A stretch of DNA of 20,000 bases from Catajapyx aquilonaris (lineage: Eukaryota). The position numbers and the translations under genes are program-made. Below are positions 19,548 to 20,000 of this stretch, piece after piece. Every line of letters starts with the position of its first letter. Within the stretch, counting starts at the first letter, position 1. Below the pieces are notes generated by a model. It ran no database searches and had not been told where the DNA came from. It was given only the letters and a program-made list of their open reading frames with translations. The stretch is from assembly GCA_000934665.2 (NCBI GenBank), contig KZ538449.1, forward strand, positions 49,599-69,598, in the 5' to 3' direction.

Positions 19548-19940
19548 GGGGGGGCAGGGGGGGCCAATTCCCAAAAAAGGGGGGGCAAATTTTTTTAAAA
19601 TTAAATATCAGCCGATTTTTAAAATTTAGGTGTCAATTTCATACGTCTTGACGTCCNNNNNNNNNNNNNNNNNNNNNNNNNNNNNNNNNNNGGGGGCAGG
19701 GGGGGCCGGTTCCCAAAAAGGGGGGCCATTTTTTTAAAAAGTAAACATCAGCCGATTTTTAAAATTTAGGTGTCCATTTCATACGTCTTGACGTCCTAAA
19801 GATGATTCCCGAAGCACCGAATTTTCGTCTCAGAGGGGGGGCGGTTCCCAAAAGGGGGAGCCATTTAAAAAAAGAAGTAAACATCAGCCGATTTTTAAAA
19901 TTGAAGTGTCAATTTCATATGTCTTGACGTCCCAAAGATG
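19548..19940. repeat. Tandem repeat, ~135-145-bp unit, 3 copies (N gap 19657-19691)
   Basis: GGGGG...TTCCCAAAA...ATCAGCCGATTTTTAAAATT...TTTCATA(C/T)GTCTTGACGTCC at ~19548-19656, 19692-19796, ~19834-19932. Confidence 0.9.
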
Positions 19941-20000
19941 ATTGGTGCCCTTTCCGAGTGTCTCAGTCACGTGGTTGATTCCACTTTCGACTGGTCATTG

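Overview
Eukaryotic animal genomic DNA (invertebrate, arthropod-like repeat landscape; short-read-type assembly with N gaps at G/C homopolymers). Two intron-containing genes sit head to head around a probable bidirectional promoter (~6870-7190). On the - strand is the 5' part of ISPD/CRPPA (CDP-ribitol synthase; exons 784-896 and 304-502, probable first exon ~6742-6870; gene runs off the left edge). On the + strand is a complete three-exon SFR1/MEI5-like gene (7192-7250, 7320-7596, 17258-17446; 174 aa) with an N-terminal 21-aa tandem duplication and a 9.66-kb second intron. Almost everything else is non-autonomous transposon material that can be delimited by TIRs and TSDs: Tc1/mariner, pogo/Tigger, hAT, Harbinger, piggyBac-like and Academ-like MITEs, a mariner derivative with two 5' ends, tRNA-derived SINEs (one dimeric, one nested) and 5'-truncated LINE-like tails. 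I found no clearly new biological system. The most interesting signals are the SFR1 repeat, a stem-loop architecture shared by the 3' ends of sequence-divergent retroposons, the dimeric/nested SINE, the nested insertions and the dense set of long fold-back elements in both pre-mRNAs. Protein and family assignments are from recognition, not database searches.
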